A stretch of 64,000 nucleotides of DNA from NCBI GenBank assembly GCA_964016885.1, contig OZ024743.1:302002001-302066000 (forward strand), written 5' to 3'. The position numbers were made by a program, and so were the translations under genes. The notes below the pieces were generated by a model. It ran no database searches. It was not told the origin of the DNA and saw nothing but the letters and a program-made list of their open reading frames with translations. The DNA is from Eledone cirrhosa. Taxonomy: Eukaryota. Of the stretch, positions 25,771 through 40,852 are shown piece by piece (the stretch's first letter is position 1; every line of letters begins with the position of its first letter).

Positions 25771-28700
25771 ACGTAAAGAAAATAAGAATGAAGAGAGAAA
25801 CAAGCGGACGGACAGAGAAGAGAAGGGAAAAACTAAGTCAGACATTCGAACACTACATTACAATGAAACTTATGCTTATTCATTTTGGGCGTGTTTTCTG
25901 CCTGTTTGTTTGTTTGTTTATTTGTGTTCGTCTACAGCGTGGTGATAATCCCACACAAGAGCCATGTGGGGCGACGCAACCACCGGAGACGGTGAATCAA
26001 CAGATGGTTATGTAACCATACATTCGCCAATCCTCGATAAGAGTGTTTAAATATCGTACCTAAACAGTTCGAATAACGGTGAAATGGAGACTAGAACGCC
26101 ATGTGACAGACTCTCACCCAACAGGTGCTCCCTGGCTCAGCAGCAGGAACCTGGCTGTCAACCAAATACTGCTGGTGTCGGAAGAAGAAGAAGAAGAAGA
26201 AGAAGGAAAGGGACCAGAACCAACTGGACGAAAGAATTGAATAGAACTGTTATGCAATGTTACCTGAAAAGTAACCCCACTGAGAGGGGCTATAGGAGAC
26301 GGATGCATAACATCTGGAACGAGATTGGTCTATTTAAATTAGATAAACGAAAATTGGGCCGGCAGGCTCGGGTAATAAGAACTAATGGGTGGATAAGCGA
26401 GCTGGAACTGGAGGAACTGAGCAGAGAGATTAGGTTGGAAATAGAGAGAGGAGTATGCCAGGCAAACGAGCCAGTGTGAAATGAAGGTGAAGAGGTTGAG
26501 AAAACGGAGGAACCATCCGAAGCAGACAATGATCTGAATACTGAGATAAATAATACCTGGAACAGAGATACGGCCACTGAGGAGATGAATGCTGACGGCC
26601 AGGACAAGATTCGGTTGACATCCTAAATTTAGTGGTAGATGAATTGAACAATGATAGTGGGAGACCTATGAACATAAGATTTGTAGACAGGAAAATGTTA
26701 AAAGAAACAACAGCTAAGTTAAACAAAGTCATCCCATACCTTGAGGCGAGGAGCCTTCACCAGTGCAACAATATCATCAAAGCAACAGCAAATACGGTGA
26801 GGAAACTACTTGGTATAAAAGCGAGAGGAAACTAAAGACAAGAAAGAGCAGAGCCTTGGTGGAAGAAACGACTGAGTGGTCAAATCAGGGAAATGAGAAA
26901 TGACATTGGAAAGCTTGAGTCACTACTGAATGGGACAATAAAAAACATAGGCACTAAAAATAGACTGGAAATAAAGTACAAAACTAGGAGGAAAAATCTA
27001 AATATTATCATAGAGGAACTGAAGCAACGCATTGTAGCAAAGAGTGCAAAAATCAGGCGATACGAGAACAGAGTCAGTCAGTATAAATAGAACCGCATGT
27101 TCGACAACAACCAGAAGATGCTGTTTGGACAGCTTGAGGGAAAAGAATGGGGCAACGACTTGATCCCTGAGGCGGAACAAACTAAAACATTCTGGAGAGG
27201 AATATGGGAGCAGGATGTTAGACATAATGACCAGGCAGGGTGGATTGAGACAGTACAGAGGGAGATCGGTGAGCAGGCACACCAACAAACTGATTTGAGT
27301 ATCACAGTTGAAACTCTTAAGGGGCAGGCCAAAAAACTAACCAACTGAAAATCACCAGGCCCAGATGGTGTGCAGGGGTATTGGATTAAAAATATAACAT
27401 CCCTCCACCCGAAACTGACAACCATGTTCAATGACTGCTTGATGTCAGGTGAGGTATCAGAGTGGTTGACAAAAGGTACCACAGTTCTGATAATGAAAGA
27501 CCGAATCAAGGGTAATGATGTTACCAACTATAGACCTATCACATGTCTGTCCGTAATGTGGAAACTGTTGACGAGCATTGTGTCTCAGGAAATCTACCAT
27601 CACCTCCACACAAACAACTTGTTACCGGACGAACAGAAAGGATGCCGAAAGAAGTCACGTGGTACAAAGGACCAGTTACTTATTGATAAGATGGTAATGG
27701 GGAATTGCAGGAGGAGACACACTGATCTTGCCATGGGCTGGATAGACTACCGAAAGGCATTTGACATGGTGCCTCATTCTTGGATCACCAAAAGCCTGGA
27801 GATCTTCAAGGTGGCAGATAACATCAGACAGTTGTTGGGCAAGAGTATGAGGTCCTGGGAAACAGAGTTGACATCAACTGGAGAATCCTTGGGAAGCGTG
27901 AAGATCAAGAGAGGTATCTTCCAGGGAGATAACCTGTCCCCTCTGTTGTTTGTCCTTGCCCTGATGCCCCTGACCAGTGTACTGCGAAAAGTGAGAGCAG
28001 GATATGGGTTGGGAAAGGGAGGGCTTACCATCAATCACCTCCTCTTCATGGACGATCTTAAGTTCTTCGGGAAGAGTGAGGAGTTGGATGTGCTTGTTAA
28101 CCCTGTCCGTATTTTCAGCAGTGATATATGTAAGCAGTTTGGTATTAGTAAGTGTGGAGTCATAGTGATGAGGAGGGTACGTTGAGCAGAAGTAACGGAA
28201 TCCAGATACCAACATGTGAGATGATAAAGGAAATTGACTCTGAGGAAGGATAGAAGTATTTGGGCGTTCTGGAGGCTGATGGCATCAAGAACAACAAAAT
28301 GAAGGAATTGTTAAGAACTGAATACATTCGGAGAGTAAGGAGCGTATTGAAGTCACATCTGAACAGCAGACATGGCATAAGCGCAGTAAATTCCCGAGCT
28401 GTGTCTATTATTAGGTACAGTGCGGGAATTCTGAGATGGAATGTTGCTGAACAAAAAGAAATGGATAGGAAGACTAGGAAGCTATTGACTATCTACAACA
28501 TATTCCACAAGAGGAGTGATGTCGATAGACTCTACCTAAGGAGATCTGAGGGTGGAAGAGGTCTTATCAGCATAGAGAACTGTGTTCGGATGGAGAAAAA
28601 CAACCTACACAAATACGTGACTGATAGTAAGGAGCCAATGCTCAGAACTGTACTGAAGGAGGGGACAATAGGCCAGGGGATGTCCAAGGAGGAAATAACA

Positions 28701-29553
28701 TCAAGGAGAAAGAGCAACGTTCATGAAAAATCCCTTCATAGTACCTTCTTTGAGAAAACTGAATTTAGAGATCCACAGACATGGAACTGGTTGAGAAGAG
28801 GAGACCTTAAAAAGGCTACAGAAGGAATGTTAATGGCTGCGCAGGAGCACGCCCTCAAAACGAAGTGGTTGAAACACCATATTTACAAGGAGGAGGCTAG
28901 CCCACTGTGCAGGATCTGTGGAGAGAGAGAGGAGACTGTGGCTCACATTGTATCCGAGTGTAAACACCTAGCCCAGACCCACTATAAGGGCTGGAGACAT
29001 GACGTGATGGGAAGGGTAATCCACTGGCACCTGTGCAAAGTAAACAGTTTACCACATTCTGAGAAATGGTTTGAGCATAAGCCAGAGGCGGTGATGGAGA
29101 ACGATCAGGTGAAGGTGCTGTGGGATTTTAGGATACAGACGGACAAGGAACTGGAACACAATAGACCTGACCTGGTGGTTGTGGACAAAGAAAAAAGATC
29201 GTGTCTTATTGTCGATGTGCCCTGCCCATTCGACACGAGAGTGCAAGAGAAGGAGAGGGAGAAAATTAACCGATACCAGGACTTAAAGTGGGAGGTAAAA
29301 AGGATTTGGAATTGCCATGAAGTCAAAGTGATCCCGATTGTCATAGGCGCACTGGGGACCCTCTCCAAAAGTTTCCAGGGATGGTTAAAGAAAATCGCCC
29401 CCTTCACGCTTTTTGGAACGCTTCAAAAGGCATGCTTGCTGGGAACAGCAAGAACCCTCCGATACGTCCTGAATATCTGAGGTTGCAGGTAGTGGCTTGA
29501 TATTCATTCCAACGGACTTTCCAGTTAACTAACATCAATGACTGAGATTCAAG

Positions 29554-29603
<50 letters not shown>
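25771..29603 (+). mobile_element. R4/Dong element copy 2 (same family as copy 1), pseudogenised
   Basis: Colinear and highly similar to 20306-24139; near-identical 3' UTR and (AAT)n tail. Confidence 0.93.
26084..29480 (+). pseudogene. Disrupted RT-RLE ORF of copy 2
   Basis: Stops ending at 26479, 26835, 27090, 27348 and 28185 plus frameshifts; fragments match copy 1 nearly residue for residue. Confidence 0.92.
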
Positions 29604-29607
<4 letters not shown>

Positions 29608-29608
<1 letters not shown>

Positions 29609-29713
29609 TTATTGTTTCTACTTTAGGCACAAGGCCAGCAATTACCCAGTGCATTACTGGTACTTTATTTTATCGACCCCGTAAGGTTGAAAGGCAAAGT
29701 CAACCTCGGCGAA
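29608..29713 (-). mobile_element. SINE 3' fragment (octopod-type), tail-to-tail with the R4 (AAT)n tail
   Basis: ggcacaaggcc...cccagt...ggtactttattttatcgacccc..aaggttgaaaggcaaagtcaacctcggcg, recalled as an abundant Octopus SINE body; not database-checked. Confidence 0.65.
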
Positions 29714-31206
29714 ATAATGATAATGATTTTATATATATATATATATGTATACATATATATAAATATATATATATACACACACACACATATATGTATATAT
29801 ATATATAAAGTAAATGAATACAAAGAGTTTAAAACCGTTAAAAAATGTTTATATAATTATAATCGCTCTGCTTATTTTTTCTCGCCCACTAAATATTGAC
29901 GCATCTAATATTTAACCCTGTAGGCACGAGTATTGAGCACACATGCATAAACTATTGGCAACTAAATATATGTATCGACCATCTTTCCATTCTCTTTTCT
30001 CTCTCACGATACCTAATCATTCTCTCTCTCTCTCTATATATATATATATGCACATAAATATATACACATTCAATATCTACATGTCTCTGTGAGATGCACT
30101 GTGAGAGAGTTCACATGATATTATATGTATATGAAAGATTCGGACCTCGAGAGTTGAGCTGCTGCCGTTTCAACAGCTAGATCCAACGTGTACTCCGTTT
30201 AGTAATGGACTAACTGCTTTTTCCTGCATCCATCGATAACGTCGAGTTGTATAACGTTATGGTTAACATTGCAGTATGACCAAATCTACCCTTTGGTAAA
30301 CCTCCAAATGTAAACATATATATATATATATGATATTACATAAACAGAATACTTGGAAAAACTAGTCAACATTTGTTGAAGTTCAAACAACTTATATTTA
30401 TACTGTAGAATGTTAAGTGTTCCAAATCCATCATGCTATCACCTATGAATCCTTTGAACGTTAGTGCGTGTTTAATTTTGTGGTTGCCTAATCGCTGACA
30501 ATCGTGAGTTATACTTTTACTGGGGTATGTATCTGTAAACATAGACACGAGAAAGAATTAGTATATGGGGAAAGGTTAATTTAAATGCAATATTGATATC
30601 CATGGGAGCTGAGAATAGAGATTTTGGTGAAAAGTAATAAAGGAAAGAAAAGTATAGATAATAGGCTGATGAAGAATTTCATATCTATTTTTTAGACGAG
30701 CCGTTGGTGCCATACGATACGTAGAAAAGGAGTACATTGTTGACACGTTAAAATACAGATATATATGCCTCTACGATCACGGGTATCAAGTACTAAGCTG
30801 AACTACAAATCAGCGTAGTACTCCATAAACGATGAGATGTATAGTGGGCATAAAGTGAAGTATGTTTTTCTGCTAGTAATATGTACCATGATTTGTGTAT
30901 CATATAAGATAGAAATGTTAGTATTAATTGTGGATATATAAATGAATATATAAGTTCCCCAGGTGGAGGAGAACTTCAGGCTGGTTTGTTGCTCTGTGCC
31001 CATCGTTCGATGGCTTAACATTGAGTAGCTTTTAATGAAAATAACAAACAATGGCTGCAGAGAAGTGGGCTCTGGATACACAGTCATGGTAATCCCTATC
31101 CCGAATATAGCGCACTCATCATAGTAAGTTCTGTTTCTTTTCTGACGCACTCTTTATATCACTCTTGTTCATAAAACACACACACACACACATACACAAA
31201 CATCAG

Positions 31207-31248
<42 letters not shown>

Positions 31249-31252
31249 GTAG

Positions 31253-31415
31253 AACACTGGAAGGTAATATCCGTAGCGGTAGAGCACTCTGTCCGTGAGA
31301 CAAGTTAGGTAGAAGTGGTTACACAACAGTTAGTTCACCATACCGTAAACAATTGAGGATCCGCTAAGGTGAAACAACTGTTCTCGGTATGGTGAACTAA
31401 CTGTTGTGTAACCAC

Positions 31416-31420
<5 letters not shown>
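31253..31420. repeat. Family D fold-back: perfect 36-bp inverted arms around a 5'-clipped hammerhead
   Basis: 31310-31345 versus 31385-31420; centre TGAGGA-tCCgctaaGGt-GAAAC-AACT-GTT-CTCGGTAT; homologous to 63050-63260. Confidence 0.8.
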
Positions 31421-31489
<69 letters not shown>

Positions 31490-31582
31490 ATATATATATC
31501 AAAATGAAGTAACGGTGTCAGAAACTTGCGGTATTCCCTGTAACTTGATAAACACATACTCTCTCAAGTGTGTTTTCTTCTC

Positions 31583-31711
<129 letters not shown>

Positions 31712-33333
31712 TTGTTGTGCATATTTACCTACATTTATTAACTCAACACATTGAACTCTACCAATGTTTTACTGGATGCATATACAGCACAGCAATTTGC
31801 ATCAAACGTATGTTTAAATTGTTAATGCAATCTATGTGTTCCTTAACACTTTTGTAATGGTGGTCTTGCAATCACATACATGTTCTTCAGTAGAAAATGT
31901 AACCCATCAATTTGATAAGCTCACGTTTGTCAAAATGAATTTCGATGTTAGCAATGAATGTGATTAATTTAATTTGACGAATTCGTTTTGCATGTTAGCA
32001 ATGACTAAGAGAAATGTTATAGTATTTATTTCATCCACAAGTACTACAATCCAATTAGGAAAGTTAAAATAAATCCTTAATTCGAAGGTCGTCTGAAAAA
32101 TGCATACGTTGTATAGGATTATTTCATAATAGAACTGTGAAACCTCTCATGCATTAATTTCAAATCTTCATATTAATAACTGCTTCGTTTCTTTCCAGGG
32201 AAAGTGTTAAAAAATATACCACATTTGTTTAGTTCATGAGAGTGTCTTGCTTAGCCTACGACCGTGTAAGCTTATGAAATTTTCGCCGATTCTCGTAAGC
32301 ATGGACAACTAATTACTTCAAACTATGGAGGAATCACGTGTACATAAACATATATAATGATTTTTACACTCAGACAACAGTTCTCAGAGACAAAGCTGAT
32401 ATGAGCTGTACATATTGCACGTAACATAAACTATCCCCAACATTTATTGTACTGTAGCATTCACAAGTTACTTCCACTAATTCGCAAATATCTGATAAAA
32501 ATATAACGAAATTACATCACATTCGGAATCAGCAACCAAACAAACTAAAACTTCCTATTCTAGTAGAATATTAGAAGGAATGATAATAATGCTTGAATTC
32601 CTACTTTAACGTCAAAAGTACACACACATTTGAACGTTTTGCCGTCATTAGAAATATACAAATTAAGTTTTCTTTTTCTGTTTAACAACAAATATTAAGT
32701 GTTGAAGTCCTGAGATTTGCCAATTTAATGTTTGTAATTGAATCCTTACACTTGTGGATCTTTAAAAACCTTTCACGCCTATTCATATACATATGGTTCG
32801 TAATTTGTTATAACCTATTAATTTGATTTTTATTTTCTAGAATATTTCTACTGTTAAATTAGGGTTTAGCGTAATGGATTTTACGTTGTGTTTTACGAGA
32901 GTTTGATGATGTGCTTATCTAGTCTATAATAATAATGCATTAACTTCACATAATATTTAATATATGAGTTGTGTATGTTTTAATGGATGCATTTGTCAAT
33001 ATATTTGAACGGCTGTATTTGTGTTTGATTTGTTGTTGCTTCGATTAATATTTTGATAGAATACAAATTGTTGATTAATATGTGTTATTCTACAGTTCTA
33101 CTCATATCTCTGTCTATATATTAACAGAGAGATTGTGAGAGGGGGGGATATAACATGAACTTTCTACTATAAGATATTCGAATGCTTAAGACTACGTCAG
33201 TTTGTTGCAAATAACATTATTTCTGAACAATAACCTTCAGCATAATTGTTTTCTACACATTATCTTATGTAACAGGAAAACACACCGAAGGGTCAATATT
33301 AAATATATACGTAAACACTCCGAAACGCACACG

Positions 33334-33437
<104 letters not shown>

Positions 33438-34294
33438 CTCACACACACAGGCGCGCGCGCGCGCACACACATGATATAAAGATTTTTAAACGTTTGTATT
33501 TGCTCTTAAGTAAACAAGATCCTCTAAAAATAATCACTCTCATGTATATGAGAAACCGCTTTGCAGTTACAATTTTTATCTCGATCAAAACGTGCCCTAT
33601 CGCTAGAATAAATGGAAAGCATATCTGACTCATACATTCCTTTTAAAATATGATATTTCCTTTTGATTTCACGTAGCAACTCAAGGATGACATATTTATT
33701 TGCATATATACGTGCACACACCCAGTAACAGGCATGCACACACACACCCACAGACAAAAGCACATATACAATCTCTCTCCCACACACATATACATATGTA
33801 TATGTATGTGTTTGTCTGTGTGTATTCATTTTTTATTGGCAGAGTTCTGAATTACTGCAACCGATTTAGTATCCCTGTGGCTGAATTAGAAAATTCCGTA
33901 TAATATGATGTAGGTTGCATTTATCTATATTTCGGCCTTTGTTACCCAAATGCTGTACCTTAATTTGAGACATGATTTATGCCCTAATTTGAATGGACAT
34001 GAAACGCAAATATTCTCATCAATAAAACAGCAGGCCTAAGATCCGAGAACAAATGACATGTTTCCTATTTGTCCATTGCAAACGGAATTAGAATGAGTGA
34101 TATCCAATATTGGCAAAAGACTGAATGAGAAATTGATCTTGGCGCAAACATGAGTAATGAATAAATCGAGGTAAAATCTTTTCGAAATATTAGATAATTA
34201 CGAGATCACAGGCATACACACACACGTACACATATATATAAACACACATATAATCTTTCACACACATAAACACAAAATCCACATACAGACAGAC

Positions 34295-34326
<32 letters not shown>

Positions 34327-34691
34327 TTGTGTGTGTGGGGGGGGGGGGTGTATGTGCGTGTTTGTGTATGTGTGTTTCTGTGCTTGTTTTACGTTAGTTT
34401 ATATTACATCTCTTCATGTCCTTTTATCTCTCGTAAATTAGCAGTGCTCCAAAAAGTGATCGATAATATAAATACGAACGTGAGATCGATATGACGGCGG
34501 AAAAGCTTGAGCATCTTTCACAATCATACCCATTGTCCCTTGACTGCAACCCGTAACTGAATAAAACTCTACATCAATATTTATATACAGAAGGGTATAA
34601 ACGGGTGGAGGAAACGGTGATGGAGGAGGTATGATAAAGTGAGATAAAGAGAAAGCCTTATTGATACAAAGAGTGTAAATATAAATAATTG

Positions 34692-34729
<38 letters not shown>

Positions 34730-35639
34730 GCGGGGGGGGGGTGTATGTGTGTGTGTGTGTATATATATGGGGATACGGGGTGGGAGAAAAAGTATAGCTG
34801 TGGCTGTATGTGTTTTTGTGTATGAGAGAGAGGGAAAGAAAGATGAACTGTATCTATATGGTAGAGACAAACACTTGTATCATACACACATAAGTAGACA
34901 CAATGTTGTTACATCAATTGTTAGTAGTCTAACGGATGTTTATATTCTCATGGAATACGATATCGGAATAGCACGCAACGTAGCAACGCACGTTTTAGTG
35001 TAAGTAAATATGTCTCTGAATAGAATCTACTAATAAATACCCCTGACCCTACCCGTCAGATAACTTCGAAACTTTATTGAATGATGCATCCTTTTTTCCC
35101 GTTATGATTGAAAAAAAATGATTCACGATGTTTCCTGAAATATTAGTGTCATATACGTCATATGTTAATTAATAATAGCGGATACACAAAATCATGTCTA
35201 AACTTGCTCTCCGAGAAAAGAAATTCATTCAACAAGCAAGGAATATAAACTGTCAAATTGCTACATATTCGATCCATATTTGAAATTGAATGAAACCGGT
35301 ATATGGCAGGGAGATATTCTCACACCATGGAAATGATGGACAGGGGGACAAAGATATTTAGAAATAGACGAGAGATCACTCACATACATAAAAACACGAT
35401 CCCAGTGTAAATAGGGGTACATATGTATTATTCTTCTGGTTTTATACTTTCACAAATGTTTGCCAATAGAGAGAGAGTCGGTTTCTAACATAGACACAAG
35501 ACTCTCTCATTGGAATTTACACAACATCAACTAGGTAGATACATATGCATGTGTAGATATGGATGTTATTGTATGTGTGGTTGTGTATGCTTTGAGTTGT
35601 ATGTGTTCATGTGTATATGCTTGGTATCTGTACATGTGT

Positions 35640-36725
35640 ATATGAATTTATTATATGCAACATTTTTGAAAGGTTTGTTTACATATTTTTACATATTTTT
35701 ACTGTTCCTTTAATGGGTCGTACTTGCAATTTCCTAAATAGTTGTGTTCTTTCTGTTCCTGTGCAGCCCACCTTCACAATATTTGTATTGAGGCAGTTAC
35801 TAACATATCCCAGTGCCCCAATAATCACAGGCATAAATCTGAAGGTATAATCAGGGTGGAGTATCTGCAGATGTCTCTTCAGTTCTGCATAAATATTCTC
35901 CTTTTCCCTAATCTTTGATATTATATTGGCATCTGCTGGAAAGCTAACTTCCGCTACTGTGCATGCCTTCTTTTCTCTGTCACATATCATAATATCTGGC
36001 TTGTTTTTACTGTTTTTTTTACTGGAACGTTCCACCAGTACTCTTTCATATTATGTATATGTATGTCTTCCACATTGCTGTAGCGTTTAATGTGTTTACT
36101 ATCAGGGCTATCGTTTCTATGGGTTGCATTGTACAGTGTTTTCGACAATACATCATGCCTGATAGATAGATAGTACCACGATGACATCTTTGGACAGCTG
36201 CTTATGACATGGTTGACAAATTAGATGATAATTCTGCAGAGTCTGCACTTGTTATCACATCTAGGTGTTTTGCCAGCATCCCTATCTCTTTTGTGAATCA
36301 GGTATTTCGTTTTGATATCCTGTTCTTGGATTGCAAAAGCGTATCCTTCAAAGTGGGAGCCAATATATCGGTTGTTGGTCCAAGATAGACTACTTTCTTT
36401 ATATATATTACTCTCACTCTGGAGTTTCCTGGCAACATATCCATGCATGATTTTTTGCTGATAAGCATGCACTTTTTCATCCATGAATTAACTGCGATAC
36501 TGCTTGGCAACTTCCCGGTGTGTGAGATTTGATTATCACACAGGGAATATCTCTCGAGGAGTTCCTTCCCAACTCTCATGATCTGATCTGATTCATGCAT
36601 ATAGACTTGCTCGAGAGACGGGCTCCTAACCTTTGAGGTTCGTAGATGTTGTCGGAGGGATATGATGCGACTTTCAAATGCTGTCTGGACTGATGTTAGG
36701 CCACTACCTCCCTGCTAAAGTTTTA
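35640..36725 (-). pseudogene. 3' fragment of a third R4-type RLE retrotransposon
   Basis: EGYAFAIQEQDI, CDNKCRLCR, YLSIRHD, NKPDIMICD, KIREKENIYAEL, PVIIGALG across frameshifts. Confidence 0.85.
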
Positions 36726-37428
36726 AGTAACTGTGGTCTGTGGTCTGTGACCTGTAGCACGTTTGATTCCTTGTTTGTTGTTGGGTCTTACAATTAATAA
36801 TATTTATCTGAAATTTACGTTAAAAAAACGTCGCTTGCTGGCATAATTGTTTCGCTGTGAATTGATTTAGCTCTGGGTCTATTTCATCCCAGTGTGGCTT
36901 CATTCTATCCTTTTTTCCCTTTATCTCTTCTTCTCGCCTCCTTCCACTCCCTCTCCTCTTCCTTTTCCTCTTTCGCCTACACTGAGGCAGCCCAGCGGGC
37001 TTTTGTAGCCTCAGTACCCCTATCCCAGTAAATTCGAAAGCGCACTGGCCGAAAACGCAATACCAGCTAAAGATATAGCAGCTGTTTTAGACTCTAGTTT
37101 TTTTTTATATTATTTGATTTCTTAATATTATTTTTATTTATTATTTTGTAATTTTTTAATCTCAATTTATTAACTTTTTAATTTTATATCTTCCCACTCT
37201 CAGATTCCTCCAGAATTCTTTTTTCGCGCTCTTTATAGCTAGCCTAAATTCATACACACTCCTTAGAATTTGCTGTAGATAATTCACTTTCAACGCTGAC
37301 CGGCTCCACCCACTCCCTCATTGTTCTACAGGCAACTTCACCCACGAAGCGCAATGAAAGATTTAATTGCGTTTGCAAGAAATGTTTGACAATACTTTTG
37401 ATAACTACAATCTTCCCATATAGGAATT

Positions 37429-37522
37429 ACGCCCTGAAAAGTTCGGCTATTTATACCACGCTAAACATTCTAATTTAGTCCAGAAATAGCCGTCGAAACG
37501 GCTTGAGTTCTGCAGTCGGGGT
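37429..37522 (+). ncRNA. Family A hammerhead (core CTGAAAA, one change from CUGAAGA)
   Basis: ACGCC-CTGAAAA; stem II CGGCTATTT...AAATAGCCG; GAAAC-GGC...GTC 37515-37517; GGGGT. Confidence 0.65.
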
Positions 37523-37917
37523 GTTGAAAATGTTCTATTACCCACTCTATTACTCTAAGTATTGAGTACTCTGGTGTGTTATGGTCCATCTGGTCCCTTA
37601 CCTCACTTACTACGTTATATATATATATATGTAAAATTTGAAGAGATATAACAACACAATTGTTCCAGTATATGGAAGGTATATATTAGGTATATATATA
37701 CACACACTCACAAAAACACATATATATATGTATATATATATATAGTAATAATAATAAAATTGAAGACTAAAATCCAAAGAGGGCTCGATAAGGAAAATAT
37801 ATATCAAATTTATAAGAACCGTAGAGCAAATATTTATTAAAATAACAGATTAAAGTTGTATATATAATCTATATATATGTATATATATATACATATATAT
37901 ACATATATATATATATG

Positions 37918-37962
<45 letters not shown>

Positions 37963-37975
37963 GTATATATATATG

Positions 37976-38066
<91 letters not shown>

Positions 38067-38071
38067 CTATG

Positions 38072-38133
<62 letters not shown>

Positions 38134-38455
38134 CATATAGTTTTCAAGATATTTCTATAGATGGCTCATTTCCAGCTAAATGAATATCTCTACTAAATAA
38201 TATTTCACCTGTACTAATAATTCAACTTTTGTGAATGTACTGACTTCTGCGAACATGTGACTACTCGGTAATTCTGGAAACTGTTTCGGCTACTGGTATA
38301 GACTTGTTCGGAGCAGTCAGTACATTGACACAATTTGATTAGTACAGGTGAAGTATCGTTTAGTAGAGATATTCATTTAGCTGAGTAGAAAAATACATTT
38401 GGAAATGAGTCATCTATTGAAACATAAGTGTCTCAGAGGTAGACAATCATACAAG

Positions 38456-38554
<99 letters not shown>

Positions 38555-39075
38555 ATTAGAATGAAACGAAATTTCATTTCTCACTCTTAGTACGGCACTT
38601 ACTTAAATGTAAGTATGTATGTATGTATGTACTGCAGGCACTCCATAAAAATGAAGTGTGTTGCCCAATACAATTTCATTTGTTATTTACAGTCGCATTG
38701 GAGGGAGGTTCTTTCCTAGATCAAAATTGGTTGGGAACACACACACACACACACATGAACTCAATCACTTCCATACAGAAATACAAATGTATACACACGT
38801 ACACATGCATAAGGTATATGTACACCAACAGACACTTACATACACATGAACAGATGTTTTTTTTTTCTTCCTTTGGATCGCAACATCATTGAAATGTTTC
38901 TATTTCTTTCGATCTTTCCTGCCTTCCTTCCTTCTTTCTTTCTTTCTTTCTTTCCTTCCTTCCTTCTTTCTTTCTTTCTTTGGTTCTGGTTTTGGTTAAT
39001 GAGATGAAGTACATGTTAACTTTAGGGTTCTTAATAAATCTCTAAAACCTCCCGATTTATTGTTCTTACTAAACC

Positions 39076-39118
<43 letters not shown>

Positions 39119-39361
39119 GTATTTATATATATAGGAAAGTGTATGACCCCGACGTCAGAGCACAAGCCGTATGTATGTATATATATATATGTATGTATGT
39201 ATATATGTATATGTGTATATATGTATGTATAAGGGTCAAGGGAGCTCTTAAGACTCAATAGCCATCCAAAATCACCGGGAGAGATGACCCCTTAGCCTTT
39301 GTCAAGGCAGAATTCTAGGAGAAAGAAAACTCTGATATAATACCTGCAACTCTGATGGTAT

Positions 39362-39404
39362 ACAATGCTGACGATGGCTAATAAGCTTGAGACCAGTACA
39401 TCGT
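39362..39404 (+). ncRNA. Degenerate hammerhead, family C'
   Basis: ACAATG-CTGACGA-TGGCT aata AGCTT-GAGAC-CA-GTA-CATCGT, fused directly to an RTE-derived 5' segment at 39240-39362. Confidence 0.6.
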
Positions 39405-39634
39405 GCCTGTGTCAGTATTGAACAAAAATGTGACGTGGTTGCCTAAACACTGTACGGCTTATTTCGGGCTGTTTGTTTATTTACAAACAAACAAACCGAG
39501 CATTATAATAAATGTTCGGTAAACCGATACGTGCATATATATATATATATATATATATGTGCAAGTATGTATATATATACATACTTCTGTACGCCTGTAT
39601 ACATATATGTATGTATACATACATACATACTTAC

Positions 39635-39691
<57 letters not shown>

Positions 39692-39721
39692 GAAAGTGTA
39701 ACAACACAACATACAACTACT

Positions 39722-39785
39722 CCATTACTGAAGGTTTCAGGATCTCAGTCAATATCAATATACGTCTCTATCGGTCATCAGACAG
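39722..39785 (-). ncRNA. Possible degenerate hammerhead
   Basis: Reverse complement CTGT-CTGATGA-ccgat...atcct-GAAAC-cttca-GTA-ATGG; stems weak. Confidence 0.35.
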
Positions 39786-39960
39786 AGATGTTATGGATAA
39801 ACAAATAGGAAATGAATTTTAAAGTCTGTTGAGAATTGGAAAAACAACGGGAAATATACATAAAAAAACGTGGGTAAGAAAAATAATATATAAAATGATA
39901 TAGCAACGTAGAAAAAGACATGTGTGCATACATATATATATACACACACATTCAAATAAA

Positions 39961-40070
<110 letters not shown>

Positions 40071-40093
40071 ATATATATATATATATATATATA

Positions 40094-40774
40094 GAAGTAA
40101 GTTAATTTTATAATTTTCTTACTTTACGTCTCTCATATTATTGTTCTGCAACCCCATGCATTGAACCACAATGTTATTAAGACAAAACCTATATATTTGC
40201 TGGCATCGATATGCATTTGTATTTATATATATGTTACTAGATATACATTCTTTATTATTATCTCCAAAATATTTGTCGAGCAATACTGACCATGACTGCT
40301 GCTACGGTAGTAAGCTGGCCGCTGTCTTATTAACAACCCACTTTCCACCGATTGACCTCGATGTCACGTGTTCGATTCTTTTTGAATTTGCCACAGACAC
40401 AGAGGCAGTGATTTTCTCAATGGCTAGGAAGTAAGTCCACGCTTTGCTATTTCCTATTCACTGATTTATTTTTTAATAAGCTTCCAGAGTCCTCGATTTG
40501 CCTGGAAACTTATATGAGAATAGACTTTCCTGCTGACTTGATGTTTCTCTACACCTTCTTCGGAAGAGGTATCTACTCCATTCCCGAAACTAATTAGTTG
40601 GAAGTGATATTTTAGTAAGTAAGTTAATTTTATAATTTTCTTATCTTACGTCTCTTATATTATTGTTCTGCAACCCCATGCATTGAACCACAATGTTATT
40701 AAGACAAAACCTATATATTTGCTGGCATCGATATGCATTTGTATGTATATATATGTTACTAGATATAAATTCTT

Positions 40775-40780
<6 letters not shown>
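40094..40780 (+). mobile_element. ~524-bp partial tandem repeat with a degenerate hammerhead at 40555-40604
   Basis: 40094-40259 is repeated at ~40618-40780; cttct-tCGGAAGA-ggtat..attcc-cGAAAC-TAATTA-GTT-GGAAG with palindromic stem III. Confidence 0.6.
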
Positions 40781-40818
<38 letters not shown>

Positions 40819-40820
40819 AT

Positions 40821-40852
<32 letters not shown>

